Positions 1 through 10,778 are shown, counted from the stretch's first letter. The stretch: 37,350 nucleotides of DNA from Pseudomonadota bacterium (GCA_009928265.1 RFPR01000002.1:1-37350), one strand, 5' to 3'. The notes: a model not told the origin generated them from the letters alone. Translations and numbers: made by a program.

Positions 1-1488
1 CCGCTCATTGGCGGCGGCGATAACCTCGGGATCCCGGACTGATCCGCCCGGCTGAATGGCGGCGGTGGCTCCGGCCTCGGCTGCAGCAATGAGGCCATCG
101 GGGAAGGGGAAGAACGCATCCGAGCAGACAACACTGCCCTTGAGCGAAAGCCCCGCCTCACCTGCCTTCCAGACAGCAATCCTCGAAGAATCGACCCTGG
201 ACATCTGCCCGGCGCCGATCCCAAGGGTACGGTCCTTGCCCGCGTAAACGATGGCGTTGCTCTTGACGTGCTTGACGACTTTCCAGCCGAACTCCATCGC
301 CTCGATCTCGTCCTTGGTAGGAGGACGTGAGGAAACAACCTGGTGCTCGATGGCCCCGGCGCCCAGCGCGGTCGGCGCGTCAGCATCCTGAACAAGGAGT
401 CCTCCGATGACCGAGCGGATGTCGCGGTCGGTGGAGGGGATCTCCTTGAGTAAGCGCATCAGGCGGAGATTCTTTTTCTTCTGCAGGAGGGCACGGGCGT
501 CAGCCGAGAACTCGGGAGCAATGATCACCTCGCTGAAGATTTCCGAGATGGCACGGGCGAGAGACTCATCGACCGGGCGGTTTGCGATGATAATGCCGCC
601 GAAAGGAGCGGAGCGGTCGGTCGCAAAGGCTTTCTCCCACGCCTCGCTCAGGCTCTCATCGCTGCCGACGCCGCAGGGATTGGTGTGCTTGAGGATGGCG
701 ACGGTCGGCTTGGCAAACTCCGAGATCAGGCGGGTGGCAGCGGTGATGTCCAGGATGTTATTGAAGGAAAGTTCCTTGCCGTGAAGCTTCTCGAAGTAGT
801 CGAAGAAACCGCCGTAGAGCTCGGCCTCCTGATGGGGATTCTCGCCGTAGCGGAGACGACCCTCGAGAGGGAACTCGAGCGAGAGATTGCCGGCCGGAGC
901 GCTCTCGTTATCGAGCCAGGAACTGATGGCCCGGTCATAGGACCCGGTGGTGGCGAAAGCCTTCACCGCAAGACGCGCACGAAGCTCGGGCGTGGTCTCT
1001 CCGTTGCCCGCCTTCATCGCGTCCAGGATGCGCGGATAGTCCTCGGGGTCGACAACCACGGTGACGGAGCGGTTGTTTTTGGAGGCGCTACGGATCATCG
1101 AGGGACCGCCGATGTCGATCTGCTCGATGGCCTCCTCCAGCGTGACGCCTTTCTTAGCCACGGTCTGCTCGAACGGGTAGAGGTTCACGCAAACCAGGTC
1201 GATCGGGACGATCCCGTGGGCCGCCGCCTGGGCCACATGCTCAGGGTTGTCACGCAGATGCAGAAGGCCGCCGTGCACCTTCGGGTGAAGGGTCTTCACG
1301 CGGCCGTCCATCATCTCGGGGAATCCCGTAAAATCGGAGATCTCCTTCACCGGGATCCCGGCGGCGGCGATCGCCTTGGCGGTGCCTCCGGTGGAGAGGA
1401 GTTCGACACCGAATTCATGGAGGCCGCGGGCGAAGTCGATGAGGCCGGTCTTGTCGGAGACCGAGAGGAGGGCACGTTGGATTTTCAT
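1..1488 (-). CDS. purH: Bifunctional AICAR formyltransferase / IMP cyclohydrolase PurH (C-terminus cut by window edge)
   Basis: Absent from the ORF track because it runs off the window. Reverse translation from ATG at 1488 gives [76 protein letters not shown]... and ends at the edge in ...[19 protein letters not shown]. These are classic PurH motifs. The + ORF 685..1539 is its antisense shadow. Confidence 0.93.
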   Translation of the reverse strand, partial: MKIQRALLSVSDKTGLIDFARGLHEFGVELLSTGGTAKAIAAAGIPVKEISDFTGFPEMMDGRVKTLHPKVHGGLLHLRDNPEHVAQAAAHGIVPIDLVCVNLYPFEQTVAKKGVTLEEAIEQIDIGGPSMIRSASKNNRSVTVVVDPEDYPRILDAMKAGNGETTPELRARLAVKAFATTGSYDRAISSWLDNESAPAGNLSLEFPLEGRLRYGENPHQEAELYGGFFDYFEKLHGKELSFNNILDITAATRLISEFAKPTVAILKHTNPCGVGSDESLSEAWEKAFATDRSAPFGGIIIANRPVDESLARAISEIFSEVIIAPEFSADARALLQKKKNLRLMRLLKEIPSTDRDIRSVIGGLLVQDADAPTALGAGAIEHQVVSSRPPTKDEIEAMEFGWKVVKHVKSNAIVYAGKDRTLGIGAGQMSRVDSSRIAVWKAGEAGLSLKGSVVCSDAFFPFPDGLIAAAEAGATAAIQPGGSVRDPEVIAAANER

Positions 1489-1605
1489 GAAGGAAAGGGC
1501 TTTGTGCTCACGCGTCAATGCGTGAACGGGAAGCATTGAAGGTTGGAGGAAACCTCCGAGGAGTTCAATGATTGGGGACGATTTCCCAGCATCTCGGTAA
1601 AAAAA

Positions 1606-2709
1606 CTATCCGCGCAGGTGCGAGCAATAAAATGCCAGCAGTTCGGGGCCGGCCATCACCCAGAGCAGTGCCCCCAGCGCCAGATAGGGGCCGAAGGGAA
1701 TCCTTCCCCCCGATCGTCCCCTCGTGAGCGCCATAGTAGCCACTCCGATGACTGCCCCGATCACGGATCCGGCAAAGAGCGAAAAGAAGACGCCCTGCCA
1801 TCCGAGGAAAGCCCCGATGCAGGCCAGGAACTTCACATCCCCGAATCCCATCGCTTCGCGCGGCAGGATCACTTCGTTCACCGAAGCCCTGATGGGCATC
1901 AGATCCCCGAGTCCTTGGAGTGACCATTCCCTTTCCCCGTGGCATAGAACCGAGTGACTGACCGTAAGGCGGCCCGGACCGAGCAACTCGCCGTTGATTT
2001 CGAGGGAGGCCGCATCGGCCTCGACCCGGTCACTCTCCCGATAAAAGAACTCGGCCAGCGGCATGCGCTCCTCCCCGAGCAGGAGTTCCGGATCCTCTTC
2101 CGATCCGGCGATTTCGAAGGCCATCGGCTGTTCCGGCCGAAACTTTCTCCGTCCGAAGGCCAGCTTGCCCAATTCGACCACACCCCAGAGGAGGAAGTAG
2201 CCGCAGGCCGCACCGATCAGGGCACGAACCAATCCCCTCCACCAGAGATCCTCGCCCAGCAGGGAGGGGAATACGGTTGCGCAGAACACGCCTGCAGCCG
2301 TTCCGCCCAGAGTGATCTCATCGGGGATGATCAGATGGTCGAAATCGATGAACGTCGCCGCAACCAGCAGCGACAGAAAGATCCAGAAAACGGGTGCCAG
2401 CGGCAAACCGAACCGCCCCCAAGCCAGGAGATAGAGCCCCCCGGTCAGCAACTCCACGAGCGGGTAGCGGAGGGCAATCGGCATCGCGCATCCCGAACAG
2501 CGCCCCCTCAGCAGGACCCAGCTCGCAACGGGGAGATTCTCATGCCAGGGGATCGTCTTGTTGCAGGAGGGGCAGAACGAGCGCTTGGGATTCAGCAGCG
2601 AGATCCCGAGCGGAAGCCGGTGAATGACGGCGTTTAGGAACGATCCGGTGATCAGGCCGAGCAGGCCGACCGCAATCCAGGAAACAACGGGAAGCGCAGC
2701 GTGGCTCAA
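1606..2709 (-). CDS. pilD: Type IV prepilin peptidase (A24 family, PilD-like) with a long insert between the catalytic Asp motifs
   Basis: 367 aa. It has an N-terminal CPSC...CSGC zinc-binding region, multiple TM segments, and A24 motifs FIDFDHLIIPDE and GFGDVKF. The first codon at 2709 is TTG. Confidence 0.85.
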   Translation of the reverse strand: MSHAALPVVSWIAVGLLGLITGSFLNAVIHRLPLGISLLNPKRSFCPSCNKTIPWHENLPVASWVLLRGRCSGCAMPIALRYPLVELLTGGLYLLAWGRFGLPLAPVFWIFLSLLVAATFIDFDHLIIPDEITLGGTAAGVFCATVFPSLLGEDLWWRGLVRALIGAACGYFLLWGVVELGKLAFGRRKFRPEQPMAFEIAGSEEDPELLLGEERMPLAEFFYRESDRVEADAASLEINGELLGPGRLTVSHSVLCHGEREWSLQGLGDLMPIRASVNEVILPREAMGFGDVKFLACIGAFLGWQGVFFSLFAGSVIGAVIGVATMALTRGRSGGRIPFGPYLALGALLWVMAGPELLAFYCSHLRG

Positions 2710-2721
2710 CGAGAGACGGGA

Positions 2722-3300
2722 TTATTCGCGCGGCAGGCGCTCCTCGACGATCTCGCAGAGGACATGAAGCAGGAACTGCTGCGCTTCCTGAATGCGGGCC
2801 GTCTCGATACCCGGGACAACCAACTCGATGTCGGCAGCTCCTTTAGTGAAGCCGCCCCCCTTGCCGAGGAATGCGATTGTGATGATCCCGCGACGACGGG
2901 CTTCCTCAAGAGCGGAGAGAATGTTGCGAGACTTGCCACTGGTGGTGAGGACGACGAGGACATCCCCTTTCTGGCCGAATGCCGCAACCTGGCGGGCAAA
3001 GACCTCGGTGAAATCATAGTCATTCCCGATCGCGGTCATGAGGCCCGCGTCGACGGTGAAGGCCATCGCGGGATAGGGACGCCGGTCCTCCTTGAACCGA
3101 CAGGTGAACTCCGTCGCGAGATGGGCGCTGTCGCTGGCGCTGCCTCCATTGCCACAGAACATCAGCTTATTGCCGGCCAACAGGGCATCACCCGCGGCGG
3201 CCGCGGCCTTCTCGAGATCAGCCTGCAACGGAGTCAGGGAAGAAAGAACCTCCTGCAAGGCGTTCAGCGAACTTTGGAACTGGCTCATCGCAAGCGACAT
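2722..3300 (-). CDS. gmhA: SIS-domain phosphoheptose isomerase (GmhA/DiaA family)
   Basis: Motifs FCGNGGSASDSAHLATEF and VLVVLTTSGKSRNIL. The start is placed at ATG 3300 (MSLAMSQF...). The track ORF extends to 3354, and ATG 3288 is also possible. Confidence 0.8.
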   Translation of the reverse strand: MSLAMSQFQSSLNALQEVLSSLTPLQADLEKAAAAAGDALLAGNKLMFCGNGGSASDSAHLATEFTCRFKEDRRPYPAMAFTVDAGLMTAIGNDYDFTEVFARQVAAFGQKGDVLVVLTTSGKSRNILSALEEARRRGIITIAFLGKGGGFTKGAADIELVVPGIETARIQEAQQFLLHVLCEIVEERLPRE

Positions 3301-3496
3301 TGGACAGGAGCAGGGGCGGGCGTCAAGGGAGGAGGCGGGAGACAGAAAAACCACGAAAGAACACGAACGAGGGAAAAGGACATCTCGTCATCACCCGTAT
3401 TTGCCATTACCAGGAGCCCATCCCCTATCTACCAGCTCCCAGATCCCAGCTCCTATAATTGACACCCCGCGGGGCAACCGCTTTGATCCCTCCAGC

Positions 3497-4045
3497 ATGG
3501 CACTTACTTTCAGGATCACCACCGGACTGGCCGTCATCGCCGCGCTGCTGCTGATCGCCGGATGCGCCGCCCCCGAACCCCCCCAGGTGAAGCTGGAGAA
3601 GGCGAACGTCCTTCCGCTCTCCATCAATCTCAATCCCGATTTTGTCTTCCGCAAGAAGACCCAGTTCCTGAACGACCCCACGACCTTCCCCAAGGCGGTG
3701 GCACTCCAAAGCGAGGCCATTGACTTCGAGCGGCGCCACTACATGTGGCCGGCCACCACGAAACTCGACCAGCAGGCGCTCACCGGAAACTACCTCGACT
3801 TTTACTGGTGGAACCATGGCCAATCCGCCGAGGTGACCGTCCGCCTTGAATACCGCCAGGCAAACCTCGGCAACTTCGTCATGGCCCGCGAGAAGAGCTA
3901 CACAGCCGTGAAGGGCTCCGTCCGCACCCGGTTCACGATCATCGGCGACGACTACCTTGAGAACGGCCCGGTCACCAACTGGCGCTGCCTCCTCATTGTC
4001 GACGGCAAGATCGTCGGCCTCACCCAATCCTATCTCTGGCGCTGA
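3497..4045 (+). CDS. Hypothetical lipoprotein
   Basis: An internal ATG of track ORF 3092..4045 gives MALTFRITTGLAVIAALLLIAGC|AAPEPP, a signal peptide with lipobox LIAGC. The upstream part of the ORF overlaps the gmhA promoter region and looks non-coding. No family recognised. Confidence 0.7.
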   Translation: MALTFRITTGLAVIAALLLIAGCAAPEPPQVKLEKANVLPLSINLNPDFVFRKKTQFLNDPTTFPKAVALQSEAIDFERRHYMWPATTKLDQQALTGNYLDFYWWNHGQSAEVTVRLEYRQANLGNFVMAREKSYTAVKGSVRTRFTIIGDDYLENGPVTNWRCLLIVDGKIVGLTQSYLWR

Positions 4046-4067
4046 CCGGGCGCCCATCACTTCCCCC

Positions 4068-4772
4068 ATGCGCCCCGACATCGAAAAACTCCTCATCCTC
4101 CAGGACCGCGACCAGAAGCTGAAGGCCGTCCTGACCGAGATTGCCGCCCTCCCAGCCGAGAAAGCCGCCCGCGACCGCGAACTTAAGGCCGCCGACGACC
4201 GACTCGAGGCCGCCCGCACGCGCCAGAAAGAGATCGAGGTCGAGCGCAAGAAACTCGAGGTCGAGGTCAAGGCCAAGCAGGACCAGATCTCCCGCTACAA
4301 GAACCAGCAACTCGAGACCCGCAAGAACGAGGAATTCGCCGCCCTGCGCCACGAGATCGAGGTCGCAGAGAAGATCATCATCGAGATCGAGGACCGGGAA
4401 CTCGTCCTGATGGAAGAGGCCGAGAGCCTCAAACCGGCGCTTCAGGCTGCCCTCGACGCCCATGCCGAGGAGAAGAAAAAGGTCGAGAGCCACATGGCCT
4501 CCCTCACTGCACGGAAAGAGACACTCGAGACCCGCAAAAAGGAACTCGAGACCGAACGCCCGAACCTCACGACGGACATCGACGAGGATCTCCTCGACCG
4601 CTACGAGCGCCTCTTCAAGACCAAGAACGGACTGGCCCTCACGACCGTCGAGCACGAGACCTGCGAAGGCTGCCACATGAAGGTGACGCACCAGGCCATC
4701 CTGGAAGTGAAGGCTGAGAAGGAGATTATCAGCTGCCCGCAGTGTGGGAGGATTCTCTACGAGCCCCAGTAA
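4068..4772 (+). CDS. Coiled-coil protein with C-terminal C4 zinc ribbon (COG1579/DUF164-like)
   Basis: Starts MRPDIEKLLILQDRDQKL. It has a long heptad-rich Glu/Lys/Arg coiled coil and ends in CEGCHMKV...CPQCGRILY. The start is in frame within track ORF 3957..4772. Confidence 0.8.
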   Translation: MRPDIEKLLILQDRDQKLKAVLTEIAALPAEKAARDRELKAADDRLEAARTRQKEIEVERKKLEVEVKAKQDQISRYKNQQLETRKNEEFAALRHEIEVAEKIIIEIEDRELVLMEEAESLKPALQAALDAHAEEKKKVESHMASLTARKETLETRKKELETERPNLTTDIDEDLLDRYERLFKTKNGLALTTVEHETCEGCHMKVTHQAILEVKAEKEIISCPQCGRILYEPQ

Positions 4773-4795
4773 TTTTAAACCACACCCGAAGTAAA

Positions 4796-5164
4796 ATGCG
4801 AAATACTATTAAGATTTTTTATTATTTTTTTCTTTTGTTTTTACCACTAAAAAGCTACGCGCAACTATCTGATTTGGCTATAAAGGGCGAAATCATGAGT
4901 CTTGAAAAGAGAATAAAAGAGATGCAACCGCATGTTGATGCAAACCCAACACCGGATCCAAATGCCGGCCTCAAAGAGGATTTAATAACTTTAATGATTA
5001 AAGGTGATCCTAGCCTAAAAAAAGAAATTCTAAAAGAACAATTGAAAACAATGTCAGATACGGATGTCAGAAAGTTAATTTATAATGGTTATAGAAATTC
5101 TGGGAAAAATATTATTGAGGCTCGGGAGCTGTCAGAAAAAATAAATATTCCAAATTTTAGATAA
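4796..5164 (+). CDS. ORFan small secreted protein encoded in an AT-rich islet
   Basis: 122 aa, MRNTIKIFYYFFLLFLPLKSYAQLSD... with a signal-like N-terminus and a Lys/Glu/Asn-rich remainder. Its AT-rich codons are unlike every neighbour. It is the only ORF in the low-GC segment 4775-5195. Confidence 0.55.
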   Translation: MRNTIKIFYYFFLLFLPLKSYAQLSDLAIKGEIMSLEKRIKEMQPHVDANPTPDPNAGLKEDLITLMIKGDPSLKKEILKEQLKTMSDTDVRKLIYNGYRNSGKNIIEARELSEKINIPNFR

Positions 5165-5179
5165 AATTTAAATTTGGAA
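5148..5179. terminator. Perfect 10-bp AT-rich hairpin between convergent genes (possible bidirectional terminator)
   Basis: TTCCAAATTT (5148-5157) pairs with AAATTTGGAA (5170-5179) around a 12-nt loop containing the TAA stop of the ORFan. It lies 17 nt from the uvrD stop on the other strand. Confidence 0.35.
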
Positions 5180-5195
5180 GACTTTAGTGAAAAGC

Positions 5196-7289
<2,094 letters not shown>

Positions 7290-7303
7290 AAACTTTTTCT
7301 TTT

Positions 7304-7335
7304 CTCCGCGCCTCCGCGCCTCTGCGCCTCTGCGG
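7304..7335. repeat. Tandem octamer repeat (CTCYGCGS) x4
   Basis: CTCCGCGC CTCCGCGC CTCTGCGC CTCTGCGG lies in the 51-bp gap between the purN stop (7341) and the uvrD start (7289). Confidence 0.8.
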
Positions 7336-7340
7336 GGAAA

Positions 7341-7982
7341 CTATTTTTCTGCTTTCAGCCCTTCCGCAAATTTACGGACGATCCGCGGGTAGAGCTCATG
7401 CTCGGCGACCTGAATCCGGGCATGGAGTGACTCGGCGGTGTCGCCGGCTAGGACAGGGACGCTGCTCTGGCCGAGGATCTTGCCCGTGTCGACACCGGCA
7501 TCGACAAGATGAACAGTGCACCCGGCCTCAGGCGCCCCAGCCTCCAAGGCCTGACGCCACGCCTCAAGTCCCCGGAACGCCGGAAGAAGCGAAGGGTGAA
7601 TGTTCAGGATCCGTCCCGGGAAAGCCTCCAGCAAGGGAGCCTTGATGACCCGCATGAATCCGGCCAGCACGACGAAATCGACCTTCGCCTCCCGGAGCAG
7701 TCGGACGAGTTCCTCCTCGGCCTCGGGAGTCATCTTGGTCCGGAAGGGACCAGGAGGGACGAAGTGCGAGGGGATTCCGAACTCCCTGCCAAGGGGCAGG
7801 ATACCCGCCGTCTCGATATCGGAGAGGACGATCGCGGGTGTGGCGCCCAGGGTTCCCGACTTCCACGCCTCGGCAAGCGCCCGAAAGTTCGATCCCTTTC
7901 CGGAGCCGAGGACACCGAAACGGGGGCCGGCAGCCTCCGGGCAAAAAGAAACCCCCGGCAGTTGCGTGCCGAGGGTGCTCAT
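7341..7982 (-). CDS. purN: Phosphoribosylglycinamide formyltransferase
   Basis: Motifs GVLGSGKGSNFRAL, VVLAGFMRV, ILNIHPSLLPAFRG and GCTVHLVDAGVDTGKIL, the standard PurN signature. Confidence 0.92.
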   Translation of the reverse strand: MSTLGTQLPGVSFCPEAAGPRFGVLGSGKGSNFRALAEAWKSGTLGATPAIVLSDIETAGILPLGREFGIPSHFVPPGPFRTKMTPEAEEELVRLLREAKVDFVVLAGFMRVIKAPLLEAFPGRILNIHPSLLPAFRGLEAWRQALEAGAPEAGCTVHLVDAGVDTGKILGQSSVPVLAGDTAESLHARIQVAEHELYPRIVRKFAEGLKAEK

Positions 7983-8012
7983 CCCTTGCGGGTTTGTTGC
8001 AAAAGGGACTGC

Positions 8013-8267
8013 TTAGGCGGCGACGACGGGATCGACGTTCACACGGCGGCCAGCGCGGTCGAAGCGGACCTTGCCGTCGACGAGTGAGAAGATCGTGTAG
8101 TCGCGACCGAGACCGACGTTGCGGCCTGGCAGATACTTTGTGCCGCGCTGGCGGATAATGATGTTGCCGGCAACGACGCTCTGGTCGCCGAACTTCTTCA
8201 CGCCGAGGCGCTTGCTGATGCTGTCGCGTCCGTTCTTGACGCTTCCCTGTCCTTTTTTATGGGCCAT
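8013..8267 (-). CDS. rpmA: 50S ribosomal protein L27
   Basis: [52 protein letters not shown]... Confidence 0.97.
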   Translation of the reverse strand: MAHKKGQGSVKNGRDSISKRLGVKKFGDQSVVAGNIIIRQRGTKYLPGRNVGLGRDYTIFSLVDGKVRFDRAGRRVNVDPVVAA

Positions 8268-8298
8268 GGCTCGTAGGGGTTGGTGAGTGGGTTAAAAA

Positions 8299-8613
8299 TT
8301 AGGCGGAGATCTTGGTGATCTTCAGCTCGGTGAGCTGGCGGCGGTGGCCGACGGTGCGATGGTAGCCCTTGCGGCGCTTGAACTTGAAGGCAATGACCTT
8401 GTCGTCCTTGTACTGCTCGACGACCTCTGCCTTCACGGAGGCTCCGGAGACGAGAGGGGTGCCGAGGTTGACCTTGTCGCCGTTGACGACGAGGAGGACG
8501 TCGCTGAAGGTGGTCTCTTTGCCGGCTTCGACATCGAGCTTCTCAACGCTCAGGACGTCGCCTTCGGAAACGCGGTACTGTTTGCCGCCGGTCTGGATGA
8601 TTGCGTAGGACAT
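8299..8613 (-). CDS. rplU: 50S ribosomal protein L21
   Basis: The internal ATG of track ORF 8299..8775 gives MSYAIIQTGGKQYRVSEGDVL...KFKRRKGYHRTVGHRQ, 104 aa. The upstream part of the track ORF would overlap the tRNA. Confidence 0.95.
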   Translation of the reverse strand: MSYAIIQTGGKQYRVSEGDVLSVEKLDVEAGKETTFSDVLLVVNGDKVNLGTPLVSGASVKAEVVEQYKDDKVIAFKFKRRKGYHRTVGHRRQLTELKITKISA

Positions 8614-8677
8614 GGGAAATTTGTGGAAAAAGGATGGGGAGCATGCCACGCCACGCGCGGGCCGTCCATCAATTTTT

Positions 8678-8704
8678 TTGATTTTTCGCTCTTGCCCGTA
8701 TGAT
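8678..8704 (+). promoter_or_regulatory. Candidate sigma70-like promoter for tRNA-Leu
   Basis: TTGATT (8678-8683), a 15-nt spacer, then TATGAT (8699-8704), 15 nt before the tRNA 5' end. The spacer is shorter than optimal and the promoter consensus of this lineage is unknown to me. Confidence 0.25.
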
Positions 8705-8719
8705 GCCCGACCCATCAAT

Positions 8720-8803
8720 GCTCGGGTGGTGAAATGGCAGACACGTACGTTTGAGGGGCGTATGCCGAAAGGCATGGGGGTTCAAGTCCCCCCCCGAGCA
8801 CCA
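8720..8803 (+). tRNA. tRNA-Leu, anticodon GAG (class II, long variable arm, CCA encoded)
   Basis: Manual cloverleaf. Acceptor GCTCGGG/CCCGAGC; D stem GTG/CAC; anticodon stem TACGT/GCGTA with loop TTGAGGG (GAG at 34-36, G37). Variable arm TGCC-GAAA-GGCA; T arm GGGGG-TTCAAGT-CCCCC; discriminator A plus CCA. Confidence 0.93.
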
Positions 8804-8938
8804 CTTCCTGCAGTTATGAGACCGCCAAGGGTAAATTTCTGCAGACTATAGGCCTCTGTAATAAACAAAGAGCCGGGATTCGAGATGCAGTAGCAGACCG
8901 TGGAAAGGGCAACAAACGCCTACAATCAAAGACCAAGT

Positions 8939-9637
8939 TTAAGTACCTTTGGTGTTGCCGAAGAGGTCGATGTGCAACCTCGGCGCATACCGAAAGCCAT
9001 GCTCGATGCAGAGCTCGGCAAGCACCGGCGCCTTCTCCCGCAGTGACTCAGAATCGGTTCCCTCCGGCATCAGGAGAACCCGGTCACGGGTAAAGCCCGG
9101 AACGGCTCCTGCTTCGTTCAGCAACTCCTCGATCTCGGGAAGTTGCTCGGGGTGGGAGAAGACGAATTTGAGCTGGCACGCGTAGTTCTCCATCCACTGC
9201 CGGATGACTTGGGGCTGGTAGCGCGTGGCCTCGTGGCGCGAACTCCAGGCCCCTGCTTGTTCCTCGGAGGGGGTGGAGTCGGCAAGCTTGGGGCTAAGCG
9301 AGGCCAGATCACAGGAAATCCCCTCCGGCGGCATCGTGGCGGCCGTTTCGATGGTAATATGAAAGCCGGCGATCTTGAGGAGTGCTGCCAACTCACGGAT
9401 CCCCGAGGCCACCATCGGCTCGCCACCGGTGAGTACCACATGGGGGCAGTCGTACGCCGTGACGCGACGCACGATCTCTTCTGGGGTCATCTCATCCCCC
9501 TCGGGATTCCACGAGGCATGGGGGGTGTCGCACCAGCGGCAGCGCAGATTGCATCCTGAGGTTCGAACAAAGACGGAAGGGACGCCGAGCAGCAGACCCT
9601 CCCCCTGCACCGAATGGAAGATTTCCGAGATCCTCAT
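8939..9637 (-). CDS. queE: 7-carboxy-7-deazaguanine synthase (radical SAM)
   Basis: MRISEIFHSVQGEGLLLGVPSVFVRTSGCNLRCRWCDT...LTGGEP. The start ATG 9637 forms an ATGA overlap with the queC stop. Confidence 0.9.
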   Translation of the reverse strand: MRISEIFHSVQGEGLLLGVPSVFVRTSGCNLRCRWCDTPHASWNPEGDEMTPEEIVRRVTAYDCPHVVLTGGEPMVASGIRELAALLKIAGFHITIETAATMPPEGISCDLASLSPKLADSTPSEEQAGAWSSRHEATRYQPQVIRQWMENYACQLKFVFSHPEQLPEIEELLNEAGAVPGFTRDRVLLMPEGTDSESLREKAPVLAELCIEHGFRYAPRLHIDLFGNTKGT

Positions 9638-10317
9638 CGGGGTTTTTCCGGAAGAGGGGCCGTTGAGACGTACTTCGTGGGGTCGGCGATTCCGGCCAAC
9701 TGAAACGCCTCGCGGCGCTCCACGCAGGTGCCGCACGCTCCACAATGGAACTCCCCGCCCTTGTAGCAGGACCAGGTCCTGGAAAAATCGACACCCAGCT
9801 CCGCACCTCTTCGGGCGATGCCCGCCTTGTCCGTGGCGACGAAGGGGCGCAGCAGTCGGATCTCCGCGTAGGTTCCCGCCCAGATCGCCTCCGCCATGGG
9901 GGCGAGGAATTCCTCGCGGCAGTCGGGGTAGATCGCATGGTCGCCGGCATGGGCCGCAATCACGACGCCCTCCGCACCGCGGCTCTCGGCGAATCCGGCA
10001 GCAATCGCGAGCATGATGCCGTTGCGGAACGGGACGACCGTCCGCTTCATCGACTCTTCCTCGTAGTGACCCTCGGGGATGTCACCCCCGCCTCTCAGCA
10101 GGTCCGAGGAAAACTCCTCGGCGACGAAACCTAGAGGGGCGATGCGGTGGGGGATACCCGCCTGAGCGCAGTGCCACGTGGCCATCGGAAGTTCCCGCGC
10201 ATGATGCTTGGCCCCGTAGTCGAAGCTCAGGCCCGCGATCACCTCGTGCGCACGCAGTGCATCGTAGAAGGCGGTGACCGAATCCATCCCGCCGCTGAGC
10301 AGGACGACGACCTTCAC
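9634..10317 (-). CDS. queC: 7-cyano-7-deazaguanine synthase
   Basis: MKVVVLLSGGMDSVT (PP-loop) and a C-terminal CYKGGEFHCGACGTCVERREAF zinc cluster. It has a 4-nt overlap with queF upstream and with queE downstream. Confidence 0.93.
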   Translation of the reverse strand: MKVVVLLSGGMDSVTAFYDALRAHEVIAGLSFDYGAKHHARELPMATWHCAQAGIPHRIAPLGFVAEEFSSDLLRGGGDIPEGHYEEESMKRTVVPFRNGIMLAIAAGFAESRGAEGVVIAAHAGDHAIYPDCREEFLAPMAEAIWAGTYAEIRLLRPFVATDKAGIARRGAELGVDFSRTWSCYKGGEFHCGACGTCVERREAFQLAGIADPTKYVSTAPLPEKPR

Positions 10318-10778
10318 CGGGATTTTTTGGAGCCTCGAGAGGCACCTCGTTCTGAATCGTGGCGCGCCTCGACGCGGATGCCGATTCCGCCGCGCGGCGC
10401 AAAATCACCGATGACGACCGCACTCCTTGGAGCAACGGCCGCGACCACATCGGAAAGGATCCTGTTGGTGATCGCCTCGGCAAAGACAGCCTGGTTGCGG
10501 AAAGCCCCCAGATACTGCTTGAGGGACTTGCTCTCGACGCAGCGCCGTTCGGGAACGTAACGGATGGTGATCGAGGCGTAGTCGGGCTGTCCCGTCACGG
10601 GACAAAGCGAGGTGAATTCCGGGGTTGAGAAGGTGACTTCATAGGGCCGTGGCGAAGGACTCGGAAAACTCTCGAGAACGGCATCGTCGGGAGAGGTGAG
10701 TTGGGGCATCGATCCGCCGCCGAGGAGGGTCAGGCCGGCGGAGGGAACTGGTTTTTTGGAGCGCGGTGTCTTGGCCAT
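10314..10778 (-). CDS. queF: NADPH-dependent 7-cyano-7-deazaguanine reductase (unimodular YkvM-type)
   Basis: EFTSLCPVTGQPDYASITIRYVPERRCVESKSLKQYL contains the QueF motif and catalytic Cys. 154 aa. Confidence 0.9.
   Translation of the reverse strand: MAKTPRSKKPVPSAGLTLLGGGSMPQLTSPDDAVLESFPSPSPRPYEVTFSTPEFTSLCPVTGQPDYASITIRYVPERRCVESKSLKQYLGAFRNQAVFAEAITNRILSDVVAAVAPRSAVVIGDFAPRGGIGIRVEARHDSERGASRGSKKSR

Noticed and set aside
685-1539. 284-aa + strand ORF (and nested ORFs 407..784 and 726..938).
   Set aside because: The opposite strand encodes an unmistakable PurH. The + frame is Gly/Arg/Asp/Leu-rich nonsense, typical of antisense frames in GC-rich DNA.
1489-1605. Looked for ZTP (pfl) riboswitches upstream of purH, purU (15837-15911) and purN.
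   Set aside because: I found no GGGTCGTGACTGGCG-like core or downstream CCGCCTGGGC pseudoknot element in any of these leaders.
7304-7335. Octamer repeat considered as a mini CRISPR or terminator.
   Set aside because: The units are contiguous with no spacers and have almost no self-complementarity. It is reported only as a simple tandem repeat.
7983-8012. Imperfect hairpin TCCCTTGC...GCAAAAGGGA between the rpmA stop and the purN start.
   Set aside because: The stem is short and bulged and no T-run follows on the coding (minus) strand. This is insufficient to call an attenuator or terminator.
8804-8938. Lower-GC 135-nt stretch 3' of tRNA-Leu as a possible integration scar.
   Set aside because: There is no integrase, no duplicated tRNA 3' segment and no foreign genes; queE follows immediately.
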